DNA from: Octopus vulgaris
Taxonomy: Eukaryota
Length of the DNA: 64,000 nt
Direction: 5' to 3'
NCBI GenBank assembly: GCA_951406725.2
Contig: OX597833.1
Location: 70,866,001 to 70,930,000, forward strand
Below, piece after piece: positions 1 to 32,002 of the stretch. The notes beneath the pieces are model-generated. The model saw only the letters and a list, made by a program, of their open reading frames with translations, had not been told where the DNA came from and did no database searches. The position numbers were made by a program, and so were the translations under genes. Positions within the stretch are counted from its first letter, which is position 1; every line of letters begins with the position of its first letter.

Positions 1-510
1 TTAACAAGGTGCCAAACTGTGTAATCTGGTGGTCACTGACAAAACAAGTTGTAGACGAAGGGCAGTACAAGCTGTGTATAAAGGTGCAGTAAGTATTGTC
101 AGTCAACTTCAGCCTGAAAGTAGGGGTCTATCAAGGCTCAGAGTTCAGCCCTGTCTTGTTCATTATGACCCTACAGGCCATCACAGGTGTCTGTGAAAGC
201 TCCTTTTATAATGTTATTGGCATCAAGTTCTCTCAGCTCAATCTATAATAGAATTAAAGAAGGAATTACCGATGTGGATGCAGAACCTTAAATTTATAGA
301 AATCCTTGAGGAAACCTTGACCTAGATTAAGGTGTTAGTGAGTAGGAAAGAAGACAAGGCCTTAGTATCATCAGAGAATTGGCCTTGCTTGATATGCAAA
401 GACAGAATCTGTAGAAACTCCATATGCTGTAACAACACAATAGGTGTAAGTGGAATTAGATGCAGGTAAACAGACGAGGTAGGCTTTGTGTGTGGGCAGC
501 TTAGCAATTC
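1..510 (+). mobile_element. Degraded RTE-type LINE reverse-transcriptase fragment
   Basis: Broken translation (NKVPNCVIWWSL; VGVYQGSEFSPVLFIMTLQAIT; KVLVSRKEDK..WPCLIC) is homologous to the RT at 25561-26613. Confidence 0.75.
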
Positions 511-559
511 TGAGGGGAGGGGAAGTCAATTACATCAACCTCAATCCTTGACAGGTAGT

Positions 560-922
560 ACCATCCGAGCGGGATCGTTACCAGAGCGACTAATGGGTTT
601 CCATGCCGGTGGCACGTAAAAGGCACCATTTGAGCATGATCGTTACCAGCATCACCCTACTGGCACCTGTGCCGGTGATATGTGTAAAAAGATTTGAGCG
701 TGGTCATTGCCAGTACCGCCTGACTGGCCCCTGTGCCGGTGGCATTTGAAAAGCACCCACTACACTCTCGGAGTGGTTGGCGTTAGGAATGGCATCCAGC
801 TGTAGAAACTCTGCCAGATCAAGATTGGAACCTGATGCAGCCATCTGGTTCGCCAGCCCTCAGTCAAAATCGTCCAACCCATGCTAGCATGGAAAGCGGA
901 CGTTAAACAATGATGATGATGA
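560..922 (+). mobile_element. RTE-LINE 3' UTR copy with (GAT)n tail; high-copy family
   Basis: Repeated ggtggcacgtaaaa-gcacc modules, then cactacactctcggagtggttggcgttagg...catgctagcatggaaagcggacgttaaac(gat)n. Other copies near 7438(-), 9895, 11605, 16680(-), 22595, 28735(-), 29670, 32003, 45237, 49310, 52925, 58970, 62700(-). Confidence 0.85.
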
Positions 923-1084
923 CCCTGAAAGGGTGGAAGCAAAGATCAACCTTGGTGGAATTTGAACTCAGAGCATAAACATGGATGAAATGCTACTAAG
1001 CATTTTGCCCAGCATGCTAACGATTCTGCCAACTTGCCACTTTAGAAAAAATATTAATAATAATAATAATAACAAGAAGTTAGC

Positions 1085-1440
1085 ATGTACATGTTTTGTC
1101 TTGGTATAAAAGATGGGCTACAGCAAATATTCTGCTCAATACCACAGATTTGCTTGTCAGTTGTTTGACCTTCACCAGTTGAGCATGTCCCTTAGTGGCT
1201 GACGATATGTGCATCTCTGATCACGGGCAGAAGTAGTCGGGGAGCATCATAGCCATGTGTTGAGAGGAATTCTTTGGGGTTTGAATAATTCACCCCTGGA
1301 AACATGGGTGTTTAATTCATCATTCAGAGACCTTTTGAGTTGGATGAGCTTCTCGACCAGAAGAAAATTCTAGCTGGGCCACACCTGAAAAGTCATGTGC
1401 TGTTTATCGTGATACGAGGTCACCATGTCACACACATCGT
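1085..1440. repeat. Unclassified interspersed repeat
   Basis: 1325-1435 recurs in diverged form at about 52125-52245 (gaccttttgagt-ggatg...gaagaaaattcta-ctg...gtttatc-tga-a-gag). Confidence 0.5.
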
Positions 1441-1922
1441 TAATGATACAACTAATTACATTTATGATAAATTACGTAATTGTTTTGAAAAGTGTAAAAG
1501 AGAACCATGAAATGCATAATTTCTTTCGAAATTGTATTTTGTGTCAAAGTCCACCAAGGCAGGGTAGTGCTGAATGTGCAGTCATAGGCAACAACACCTC
1601 TGAAAGCTACATTCCTTGTTATACTTTTGTCCCCTCTTTTACCTTGAGAATCGTTAACTGTTATTTTTTATATTAAAAAGTAAACAATCTTAATACAGAA
1701 CAAAATTGGAAACGTAATTTAATTATAATAATTATAATTTGATTATGATAATATTCTATTTCTGTATGACTCCATCGGTAAAGGTTTACTAAATCTTGAT
1801 TTTCTTATTTTCATATCTGAGAAAAGTTGAAATGGTTAGGCTTGAACCCACAGTCCCAGTGAAGGAAGAATAGTCGTGGCCCCATTCAGTTATGGATACT
1901 CACAAAAAAGGGGAAAGAAAGA

Positions 1923-2464
1923 AATATTTAAGAGATGAGGAATTATTTACATTTGACGGATATTTGTCCTCATCTTGTTTGTTGTTAGCACAACATTTTG
2001 GCTGATATACTCTCTAGCCTTCATCACAGGGGGAGACCATCTCCCCCTGTGGGATGAAGTTAAAATAATAGACAGAGAACACCGCTGGAAAATACAAAAA
2101 CTGAAAGAAGCAGCACATATGTTAGGGCAAAACAACCTCCTAAGCAGACCGAGTGCAGATATGAATAGCATATGGGAACTGGTATGAAGGAAGGATAGGA
2201 AAATATTAGATTTATAAGCCCTAAAATTCACTCCATATTTGCCCATGGCTTATAAATCTAATATTTTCATATGGCATAGTGGTTAAGAGCGCAGGCTACT
2301 AACCCCAAGATTCCAAGTTCAATTCCAGGCAGTGACCTGAATAATAATAATAATAACATAGAAAAACTATCTTAGGAATGAGAACCCAGGTTCGAAATTC
2401 CCCCAAGACACCTGATGAAAGCTGAAATAAAGATGAGGACAAATATCCGTCAAATGTAAATAAA
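1923..2464 (+). mobile_element. Penelope-like element remnant: inverted terminal segment, GIY-YIG C-terminal fragment, tRNA-like segment and 3' tail
   Basis: PLWDEVKIIDREHRWKIQKLKEAAHM resembles the C-terminal part of Penelope GIY-YIG endonucleases; 1923-2026 is an inverted copy of the tail at 2410-2464; hammerhead core CTGATGA is in the tail. Confidence 0.7.
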
Positions 2465-4019
2465 GAAATATTAGTACGGTTAAATTTACTTCATAAGCAT
2501 GTGGTTTTGAGTTTGGTCCCACTCTGTAGCACTTTGAGCAAGTCAGTTTATGCATTGAGTGAAATTTGGGAGACAAAAATAGTATGGAAACCGCAAATGT
2601 GTGTGTATGTAAATATGTGTCTGTGTTTGCAGTTGTGTCTCTTTGAGCCAGTGATGTTGGTTGCTGTACCATATGTCATAGTGGTTCAACAAACTGACAT
2701 TGATAAAATAGGTACTCAACTTAAAATAAATTTTGGGGGTCATTATGCTCAAGTAAACCTTTGAAGGTGGTGCTCCAGCATGGCTGCAAATCCAATAAGC
2801 GGTAAAACTAACCGAATAATAATGGAATGTGTCTACCATACTTAATTTAAAATATGTATTTGCACCCCCTGTAAAGCATTAGGAAGCGCATCCTGCTGTA
2901 GAGGCCCTGCCAGCCAGGAAAGCAAATGTCAAATTTGCTTTCCATGGTGGATGACGTATTTATCTGTCTTATGAATAATATAAATGTCTTCTCTTTAATA
3001 GATTAGGTTTTTGATTTCGTTCCAGTTTGGAATGTGACACAGAGGTTGCTATTGTATCAATATATAGATGATGATGATGATGATGATGATGATAAGAACA
3101 ACTGCAATAATAATAATAATAATAACATAATTGTTACAACAGTGACAGTAACCGATTCATTAATAAATGAATAATTTAGTGGTGGCAAATGAGAGAATTG
3201 GCTGTAATGTCGATGCGGTTGATCTGTGGGGAACCATCCAATTAGAATGGGGGAGGGTTTTGGTGCTGAAATGCAAAGTTGTCCAATGAAGTGAACTAAA
3301 GAGAGGTGAAGAAGGGCATGCCCACAAAAGTGGCCCCATGTGGCAGGAAGGTCTAATATAAGAGAAAATGAAGAGAGTGACCCCACCAAAGTGATCCCAG
3401 AAGGTTCAGTGGTTTGGTAGAGAAAGTGGTCCAATGGCAGAAGTTGCACAATAAGGAAGTAGGATCAGTGGGGTGGGGGTGGGGTCTAAAAGGGACGTAG
3501 GGAAGGTGAACCACACAGGGGTGCATGTATAGGGTAATCCATATGGAGTAATACACGGATGGGGAACCATGCAAAGAGGCAGGGGCCAGTAAGGGGGGGA
3601 AAGATGATGCTTGGCCGTATTATCCTGTCATCTCAAGCATCTCTGACCAACTAATGAGAGACTGACCAGTGTGTCTGTAATTATAGACCTGGACCTTAGA
3701 GTAGAAGACACTTGTTGAAAGGGCCTTGCTGTGGGATTGAACCCAGAGCCCTGTGGTCGTGAAGCACTCACAGGGTTTTTAACACAAGTGAAGGTGCTTG
3801 ACCTTGTGGTTAGGGTGTATGAAAACCAGGGATCTTAGTGTCCTGGTTTCGATTATGGAACTGGATGATACATTGTGTTATTGAGCAAAACGCTTCATTT
3901 CATGTTGTTCCAGTCCACTTAGCTGTAAATAGGTCCCACCAATAGCTAGGAAGTTAACCCTGTGAATTACTGGTATACAAAAAATGTATTAAGCTGCAGC
4001 CATAATCTTAGGGGCCATG

Positions 4020-4580
4020 AGAGACCTAAGAACTGATATGTCATACACACATTCAACCAAAGGGGTTCAGGTGTCTCTTAAGGGCTCTGGACAGTATCCA
4101 AGTCTTGCAACTGTAGAGCAAGTCAGGGAATACCAGAAACCTGAAGATGTCCTCCTACTCAGATATTGGTGGCGCCAAACACCCTTGTCCAGTGAGTTCA
4201 CAACTGCACCAGTTCGCCCAAGTCTCTTTAAGACTTCACATGTCTCATGGTTACTGCGGATGAGGAAGTATCTTGCAGTGATGAGGTCTAACTGGAACAC
4301 AGCTTGGTGGGTTACCTGGGATGACCTGAGCAGATAGTGACAAATGGTAGATGCAGGGACACACGGCAACAGTGGATGCCTTCCATACCTATTTCTTTAC
4401 TACCCACAAGGGGCTAAACACAGAGAGGACAAACAAGGACAGACAAACGGATTAAGTCGATTACATCGACCCCAGTGCATAACTGGTACTTATTTAATCG
4501 ACCCCGAAAGGATGAAAGGCAAAGTCGACCTCGGCGGAATTTGAACTCAGAAAGATGCCCTCCATACCTGACCTGACCTA
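4020..4580 (+). mobile_element. Old LINE 3' end interrupted by a 5'-truncated Meta-domain SINE (minus, 4391-4553)
   Basis: SINE flanked by 16-bp TSD gatgcc(t/c)tccatacct (4375-4390 and 4554-4569); host translates SWLLRMRKYL...AWWVTWDD and ends in (cctga)n. Confidence 0.6.
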
Positions 4581-4670
4581 CATCCAACCCATAAATATGA
4601 GATGTTAAAAAGAGAATTATGGTTATGATAATAAGTTCCTGTTTTTTTCCTTCTTTTTCCCAGATAAACA

Positions 4671-23933
<19,263 letters not shown>

Positions 23934-23984
23934 CAACTGCAATTCTCCAAGAAATCTGTGACAAAAAACTTTATGAACACATTA

Positions 23985-24355
23985 GTATTATTATCAATAT
24001 TATTATATTATTATCATTATTATTATTATTGTTATTATTATTATTGTTATTATTATTATTATTAATATTATTATTATTATTATTATTATTGTTATTATTA
24101 TTATTATTATTAAGGCAAAGAGCTAGCAGAGTTGTTAGCATGCTGGGCAGGGTGCTTAGCAGCATTTCGTCCACCTCTGTATTCTGAGTTCAAATTCTGC
24201 CAAGGGCACCCTTGCCTTTCATCCTTTTGGGGTTGATAAAATAAGGACCCGTTGAAAACTGGGATCGATGTATTTGATTTACTCCCTTCCTCGAAATTGC
24301 TGGCCCTATGCCACCATTTCAAACCATTATTATTATTATTATTATTATTATTTAT
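23985..24355 (+). mobile_element. Meta-domain SINE (24113-24325) inside a (TTA)n tract in the ZFAT 3' UTR
   Basis: gagctagcagagttgttagc..ctgagttcaaattc..gcctttcatccttttggggttgataaaa; flanked by (tta)n on both sides. Confidence 0.8.
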
Positions 24356-24373
24356 GATTAAATAACAGTAGTT

Positions 24374-24430
<57 letters not shown>

Positions 24431-24949
24431 TTATATATTATATTATATGTATATGTATAATCTTGCTTGTAAAGAAGCAGGTTTGAAAAAGGGGCTATGT
24501 ATATATAAATACATATGTGTGTATATAAGCAAAATTGTAAAGGACTTGCGGACATATAGATGGATATATTTCTGTATGTGTGTGTGTGCATATATATATA
24601 GATATATATATTATATCAGGATTGAAATGGAGATGCCTACACATAAATGTATTTGTATATCTGAGTGTGTGTGTGTGCGTATATAAATTACATGTGTGTA
24701 TATGGTCTATATATTATATATGTGTGTTTATATTTTGTATGTATACACGTGTATGTGTGTGTATATATACGTGTGTATATAACAGTTCAAACTAAGATGT
24801 GGATATTGCAATTCATACATGTGTTGTGTGTGAGTGTGAGTGTGTGTGTGTGTGTATAGAGTGTATATTTTTATGTTCACTGTCTCTCTTTGACACTTAT
24901 ATTTACTTCTAATGAATTTCTTAATTTAAAAAGCAAAAAAATCTAATGA

Positions 24950-24955
24950 AATAAA
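24950..24955 (+). terminator. Candidate polyadenylation signal of ZFAT
   Basis: AATAAA about 1 kb after the stop, followed by T-rich/TG sequence and then repeats. Confidence 0.4.
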
Positions 24956-25054
24956 GAAAAGCTATTGACTAATTTGAAACATTCTGTTCTTCTACACAAA
25001 TCTATTTTCTGCTCTTTCGAATGTCTTGTGGTGACGTACAAACAATAACTCTGA

Positions 25055-25422
25055 GCACCTTTTCAAACTCCACCCATCTAACACCCGTGGACATATTTAC
25101 AAAGTCAGAAAACAGCACAGCTCCTTCCATGACTTTCGGAAACATTTTTTCACGCTGAGAGTTGCTGAAGCATGGAACAAACTGCTGGCATCAGTTGTTA
25201 GTTGTCGGAGCACTGCATCCTTCAAGACTTCCATGCTTCCTGAGATTCGCCAACACCACACCTGATTTTCTCCCTCCATACACACAGCAAGCATGTATCT
25301 GACTCATGCATTGTTCGCTTTCCAGACATTTGTACATTACTGCATGTACTCTATACGCACTTTCTGACAAGTTGTGGTGCACATGAGCACTGTATACAAT
25401 AATTTCATTATTATTATTATTA
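25055..25422 (+). mobile_element. CR1-type LINE 3' end
   Basis: FKLHPSNTRGHIYKVRKQHS..HDFRKHFFTLRVAEAWNKL.ASVVSCRSTASFK is the typical CR1/L2 ORF2 C-terminal motif; ends in (att)n. Confidence 0.8.
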
Positions 25423-25560
25423 TGACGATGATGATGTGTCTTCACAGCAATTTGGTCACTCATCCTTTTTATTCTGCTGTGTGTGTATGTGCATATAGAT
25501 GCATAATTTATGTGAGTTTGTATGTGTATTCTAGTGTATGTGTATATATATATACACACA

Positions 25561-26613
25561 CGCATGTCCTCAGCAGTCACAGCCCATGTTTCACTACCAT
25601 GTAGTATGGCTGTTTGTACGCATGCGTCATACAGTCTGCCTTTTACTCTGAACGAGAGGCCCTTTGTCACCAGTAGAGGTAAGAGCTCTCTGAATTTTGC
25701 CCAGGCTATTCTTATTCTAACAGCTACACTTTCAGAGCACCCACCCCTGCTACAGACTTGGTCACCTAGGTAACAGAAGCTATCAACTACTTGTAGTTTT
25801 TCTCCCTGGAATGTGGCAGAATTTGTTCTCTGCACATTTTCAGTGTTTATTGCTCCTGAGCATCTGCCACAGACAAAAACTATCTTCTCAGTTAGCCTTC
25901 CTTTGATATTGCTGCACCTCTTATGTGTCCATAGCTTACACTGGGTACATCTTATAGAGTTTCTACCTACGCCTTTTCTACAGATCGAGCAGGGCCATCT
26001 ACCTGAAGGGATTTGTGGTTTGTCTGCCTTCCTACTTATTAGGACTTTGGTTTTAGCTAGGTTGACTCTAAGGCCCTTCGATTCTAATCCTTGCTTCCAC
26101 ACCTGAAACTTCTCCTAGTTCTGATAGTGACTCAGCAATTAGGGCAAGGTCGTCAGCATAGAAGAGCTCCCAGGGGCATCCTGTCTTGAATTCCTCTGTT
26201 ATTACCTGGAGGACTATGATAAATAGGGGGGGGCTGAGGACTGAACCTTGGTGGACCCCTACCTCTACCCAGAATTCTTCAGTGTACTCATTGCCCACCC
26301 TCACCTTACTAACAGCATCCCTATACATGGCTTGCACAGTCCTCGCCAGCCATTCATTTATCCCTAGTTTCCTCATTGACCACCAGATAAGGGATCGGGG
26401 GACCCTGCCAAAGGCTTTCTCCATGTCAACGAAAGCCAGGTACAGGGGCTTACCTTTGGCTAGGTATTTCTCCTGCAGCTGTCTTACCAGAAATATGGCA
26501 TCAGTGGTGCTTTTCCCTGGCACGAACCCAAACTGCATCTCATCTAAACTGACTCTCTCCTTTATTAGTTGAGCTATGACCCTCTCCGTGACCTTCATTA
26601 CCTGATCCAACAA
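25561..26613 (-). mobile_element. RTE-clade LINE internal fragment: RT domain plus PHD-like finger, one frameshift near 26100
   Basis: QFGFVPGKSTTDAIF, AFVDMEKAF, GVHQGSVLSP, FYADDL, GLRVNLAKTK, C4HC3 motif, FCYLG, LHGSETW. Confidence 0.95.
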
Positions 26614-27135
26614 CTGGAAACAAAGCCTGTCAAGAAGGGTGGGGTGATGGACTCTGTAGCGTCCAATAGGCCATCCAACAGTATGTGTGTGTGTGTATTT
26701 AAATATGATTGGTCACATGATTGATGACTAAACCTTGATGTTGACAGAAATCTGAAATAGGACTTTCAGACACAATGGCTGTGTTGAATGTGCAATATAC
26801 CAAAGTTGTTAGCATGTCCAAATAACACCAGGGTACGACTGGATCGCATTTTAATCAACAGAAGAAGAAAAATTATGTTAGGAACTTCAAAATCCACATT
26901 TTTTAATGTGATTGCCGATTGTGGAATTGTGACAGGAATATGCCAGGTTGAGCTTGAAAGGAATAAAAACTTCAATATAAATAGGGATGTTTTATGAACA
27001 GGGGTAACTTGCCACTGGTGTCAAAAATTGCTTTGAAACCTGGCATACTTTAGATGGTATTGAAAATGCCCATTCTGTTTACAATGGCATCAGAAATGAA
27101 CATGAAATTACAGCTCAGACTAATATTATGAAGTT

Positions 27136-27587
27136 GTGTCTGGGGAGAGTCAGTTTCTTTTTGTGCCTTGTAATGTAACACACTCACCGGTAAAATTTCC
27201 ACTTTTTTTCTTTTTTTTTTTTATTTAACCCTTTAGTGTTCAGATTACTCTGTTAAATATAATACTTTTTCACTCAAATTGTTTTGAATTAATCATGCAT
27301 TATCTCATAGCTTTGAAGTTTCAATGATGTGATTGTTTATTTTTAGAATGTCAATGTAGGTTAGGTGTGAGAGGCCAGATATCGCCAGTTTGAATATAAA
27401 ATATTTAGAATATTTGGGCCAGATATGGCCGGTTTAAACACTAAAGGGTTAAAGGATTTTAACTAAATTTCATTTCCCCACTCACAAAAAAGAAAGAAAA
27501 AAATCAAATAAGAAAAAAATGTGGAAATTTTACCGGTGAGTGTTTTACATTATAAGGCACTAAAAGAGAATAACTCCCCCATACACA
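27136..27587. mobile_element. MITE with about 70-bp imperfect TIRs and nested piggyBac-type MITE (27225-27452)
   Basis: Outer gtgccttgtaatgtaacacactcaccggtaaaatttccac / gtggaaattttaccggtgagtgttttacattataaggcac; inner TTAA-ccctttagtgtt ... aacactaaaggg-TTAA. Confidence 0.8.
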
Positions 27588-30500
27588 TCAAAATATGCTT
27601 CAATACACGAACTCATATAAAGAATCTTGCAAACCAAATCCAAAAACGAAAGTAGAAAGAAAAAGCACAACCATATTCCATGTTGAAAGAAAAGAGAGGA
27701 ACTGAAAGAAGCATATGAAGAAATAAATTTCCAAAAGTTAGCAAAGCAACGTTGGAAAATGCAAAACAACTGGATGCAACCTAAAAACAGGAACCTTAAA
27801 ATTATTTTCAGATTTAAAAAAAAAAAACAGAAACTAATCTAAATTGCTTCAGAGAATCAAAATCTTTCTTATATATGGGCAGCTGTGACTGGAATAACAG
27901 GGAACCAAAAAAACCATTTGAGGAAAACTCAAGACCACATTCCCAGGGCGTTCTATCCATAACCATATTCTCTTTTTTCCTCCAGAAGAATCAACCTTCC
28001 CTTATTTACATTTGACGGAATTTTTGTCCTCATCTTGTTTGTTGTTAACACAACATTTCAGTTGATATACCCTCCAGCCTTCATCAGGTGTCTTGGGGGA
28101 AATTATGAACCTGGGTTCTCATTCCTAAGGTATTATTTTTGATGATATTATTATTATTATTATTATTATTCCGAAATTTTTAGGCATCTTCTATTTATAA
28201 CTACATTTTCCAGTGTGTCCTTCTTTACTTTTAAGACTTTGAGGGAGATTTGGTTGCTATTTCCAGCAGGCTGATCATATAAAAACTCCCTCGTTAGTCC
28301 ATAAGATTTCAAAACTCATGAATTAGATTACACATGGCAGTCCCACTGTGTGACATCTTGGCCAAGTGTCTTATACTATAGCCTCAGGTCAACTAAATCC
28401 TTGTGAGCAGATTTGGTAGATGGAAACTAAAAGAAGCCCATTGTATATGTACATACATGTGTATATATGTGACCACTGCTTGAGAACCGACACTAGTGTG
28501 TTTATGTTCCTATAACATATCACATATCGAAAACAGGGAGATTAACACACACACAGATATACACATATACAATGGGCTTCTCTCAGTTTCCATTTCTAAA
28601 ATCCACTCTCAAGGTTTTTGGTTGTCTCAGGCCTATAGTAAAAGATGGTCAAGGTACCACCATGCAGTGAGTTTGAACCTGTAGTCATGTGGTTGGGAAG
28701 GAAACTTTTTACCACACAAACACCCCTGCTCCTCATCATCATCATCATCGTTTAAGGTCCGCTTTCCATGCTAGCATGGGTTGAATGATTTGACTGAGGA
28801 CTGGTGAACCAGATGGCTGCACCAGGCTTCAGTCTTGATCTGGCAGAGTTTCTACAGCTGGATGCCCTTCCTAACGCCAATCACTCCGAGAGTGTAGTGG
28901 GTGCTTTTATGTGCCACTGGTACGAGGGCCAGTCTGGCAGTACTGGCAATGGCCACACTCAAATGGTGCTTTTTATGTGCCACCTGCACAGGAGTCAATC
29001 CAGTGGCACTGGCAACGACCTCGCTGTGTTTAAAAATTGATGCATGTAAACAAAAAGCCATGGAAATTACAAATAATTTCTTAAATACTCTAAGAACCAG
29101 GAATTTAGTAAGTTACTGGATTCTATACTCTTACTCTTTGACTGTGGCCATGCTGGAGCACCGTCTTTAGTCGAGCAAATCGACCCTGGGACTTATTCTT
29201 TGTGAGCCCATTCTATCGGTCTCTTTTGCCAAACCGCTAACTGACGGGGACGTAAACACACCAGCATCGGTTGTCAAGCAATGCTAGGGGGACATACACA
29301 CACATACATATATACGACAGGTTTCTTTCAGTTTCCGTCTACCAAATCCACTCACAAGGCATTGGTCGGCCCAGGGCTATAGCAGAAGACACTTGCGCAA
29401 GATGCCACGCAATGGGACTGAACCCGGAACCATGTGGTTGGTTAGCAAGCTACTTACCACACAGCCACTCTATGCGCTCAGAGCTTTTACAGTTTGAAGT
29501 GTCATCCTTGGTTGTGTCCCTTTATGTTCCCCATTATTTTATTGACTGTTTTCGTATGCTTTCATGTATCTGACTGTTTGTTGCGGCAGGTTTTCTACAG
29601 TTGGATGCTCCTCCTATCACCAACCCTCACCTCTTTCCAAACAGGGTATATATATATATATATATATATACTATCCGACTCGTGGCCGATGCCAGCGCCG
29701 CCTCCACTGGCTTCTGTGCCGGTGGCACGTAAAATACACCAATCCGACCGTACGACAGGCACCCATGTCCAACCCCCTTTGTTTGCGAAGACATGTTGTG
29801 GAAAAATCGAAATCGAATTGAACCAGCCAGGATCCCTGGTCTGGTGGTACGTAAAAAGCACCATCCGACTCGTGGCCGATACCAGCGCCGCCTCGACTGG
29901 CTTCCGTGCCGGTGGCACATAAAATACACCAGTCCGACCGTGGCCGTTGCCAGCCTCGCCTGGCACCTGTGCAGGTGGCACGTAAAAAGCACCCACTACA
30001 CTCACGAAGTGGTTGGCGTTAGAAAGGGCATCCAGCTTTTGAAACATTGCCAGATAAGACTGGAGCCTGGTGCGGCCTTCTGGCTTCCCAGATCCCTGGT
30101 CGAACCGTCCAACCCATGCTAGCATGGAGAACGGACGTTAAACGATGATGATGATGTATATGTATATATATATATGTATATATTTATATATATATATATA
30201 TTTATATATTATATTATATGTATATGTATAATCTTATTTGTAAAGGAGCAGGTTTGAAAAAGGGGCTATGTACATATAAATACATATGTGTGTATATAAA
30301 CAAAATTGTAAAGGACTTGCGGACATATAGATGGATATATTTCTGTATGTGTGTCTCTTCATAGCTGGACATGGTTTCACACCAGTCATGACAGCAATGC
30401 TCCTTTACAAGTGTTATGTGATATCACGACAAGAAAACAAACACTCCTACACACACACACACACACATACCAACTGGCAGGGTCGTTACCAGTTTGAGAT

Positions 30501-32002
30501 AAACTTCAGATATGCTGTTCGTCACGTCTCTCTAAAATACAACATCATGTCAGGATCAGAATCCAAGCATTGCTCACTTATGGGATTATTTCAAAAGCCC
30601 GCTCTCATGTGAATGATGAGTCCATCTATTGTCCCGTGTGAAGCAATCCCACCTCTGTCTCTTTCCTATGGCTGGGAAGGACAGGCAGTGTTTCTATGCC
30701 TTGTAGTTGGGGGTTAAAGATTGAAAGGACTGGGGGCAAATACTTTTCCTTCCAGCTTTGTTAACTTTTTTCAAGTTCCACCGAGGGTGTGGCGTGCTGC
30801 CCCTCCACCCCAAATAAGTTAGTTAAAAGGTGTTTGAGAGTGGGGAGCATGACCCAGGTGAATGGGTCTGCTCTTAACATGCACCTGGAGGTTAGGGAAT
30901 GACAACTGGAAGAGGGCACTTAACGTCATATAACAGCCTTCACCAATAACAAGAAGGTGTCATCTTTGGTAACCAAAGGCTTTTTGTGGGGCTCAAAGAA
31001 CAGTTTGTCATGATGTACCAGTTTCCATCCCGAGGGAGATGTTTTCCTTGGTTCTACAAAGGATTCCATTCCAGCATCAGACATATTGTATAAAACATTA
31101 ACATAAGCACAGGCACAGCAGTGTGGTAAGAAATCTGGTGCCCAACCAACCACATGGTTCTGGGTTCGGTCCCACCGTGTGGCATCTTGGATGAGTTTCT
31201 TCCTTGTGAGTGGATTTGGTATATGGAAACTGCAAGAAGCTTTTAGTGTATATATGTGTGTGTGTGTGTGTATTTATGTCCCCAGAACTTAGCAGTTTGG
31301 CAAAAGTGACCAATTGAACAAGTACCAGTCTTCATAAAAATTGGGGTTGATTTATTCAACTACAAATTTTCCAAGACAGTGCCCCAGAATGGCCAAAGTC
31401 TAATATAAAAGATGAGAAAAAAATTTGAGGGAATTTCAAGCTTAAACTTTTTTAGGTGGGTCCCAAGCTTCAGGTTAAGCTCTCCTCTTTATTTGGGCCC
31501 CATGTTTCACACTTAAATTTCTCAACTGAATCCCAAATTTCAGGTTTGGTTTTTGATTTCAAATGTGGACTCTATTCTCTGTCTTCATCTTCCACTCTAA
31601 TCACTGCTGCCCCTTAATCCCCTTCGCAGGTGCCATCGTCTTCACTCTCCCTAACACCATAATCTTCTTTACCAACATTAACATCACAACACGTCCTTCC
31701 CCTGCCCCCTTCTGCCATGTAGCCCCATGTCCTCTACCCACCAACTTGCAACTACTGGTATAGCTATCCTTCTACCATTCTTTTTTAATATCTGTTTAGA
31801 TTTCTGTAAATCTGGAAACAGTCCCTCATTTGCCACAAGGTCCTTGATGTGCCAACCCACGTGAAACGGAACGCATTTTGTCAGGCTTCTTGTTCTTCAT
31901 CTCACACACACACACACACACACACACACAGATACACTCTCACAGATGCACAAACACATGCTCACACTCACACACACATACATTCCAATAATATTTTGAC
32001 AA

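Noticed and set aside
2272-2340. tRNA gene (also SINE heads at 6215, 34590, 35015, 57230)
   Set aside because: A/B boxes are present but there is no complete acceptor stem, and each continues into a repeat body.
25191-25560. C-terminal extension of the 303-aa ORF as part of the LINE protein
   Set aside because: Homology ends at AVTAEDMR; the rest is read-through into microsatellite and antisense CR1 sequence.
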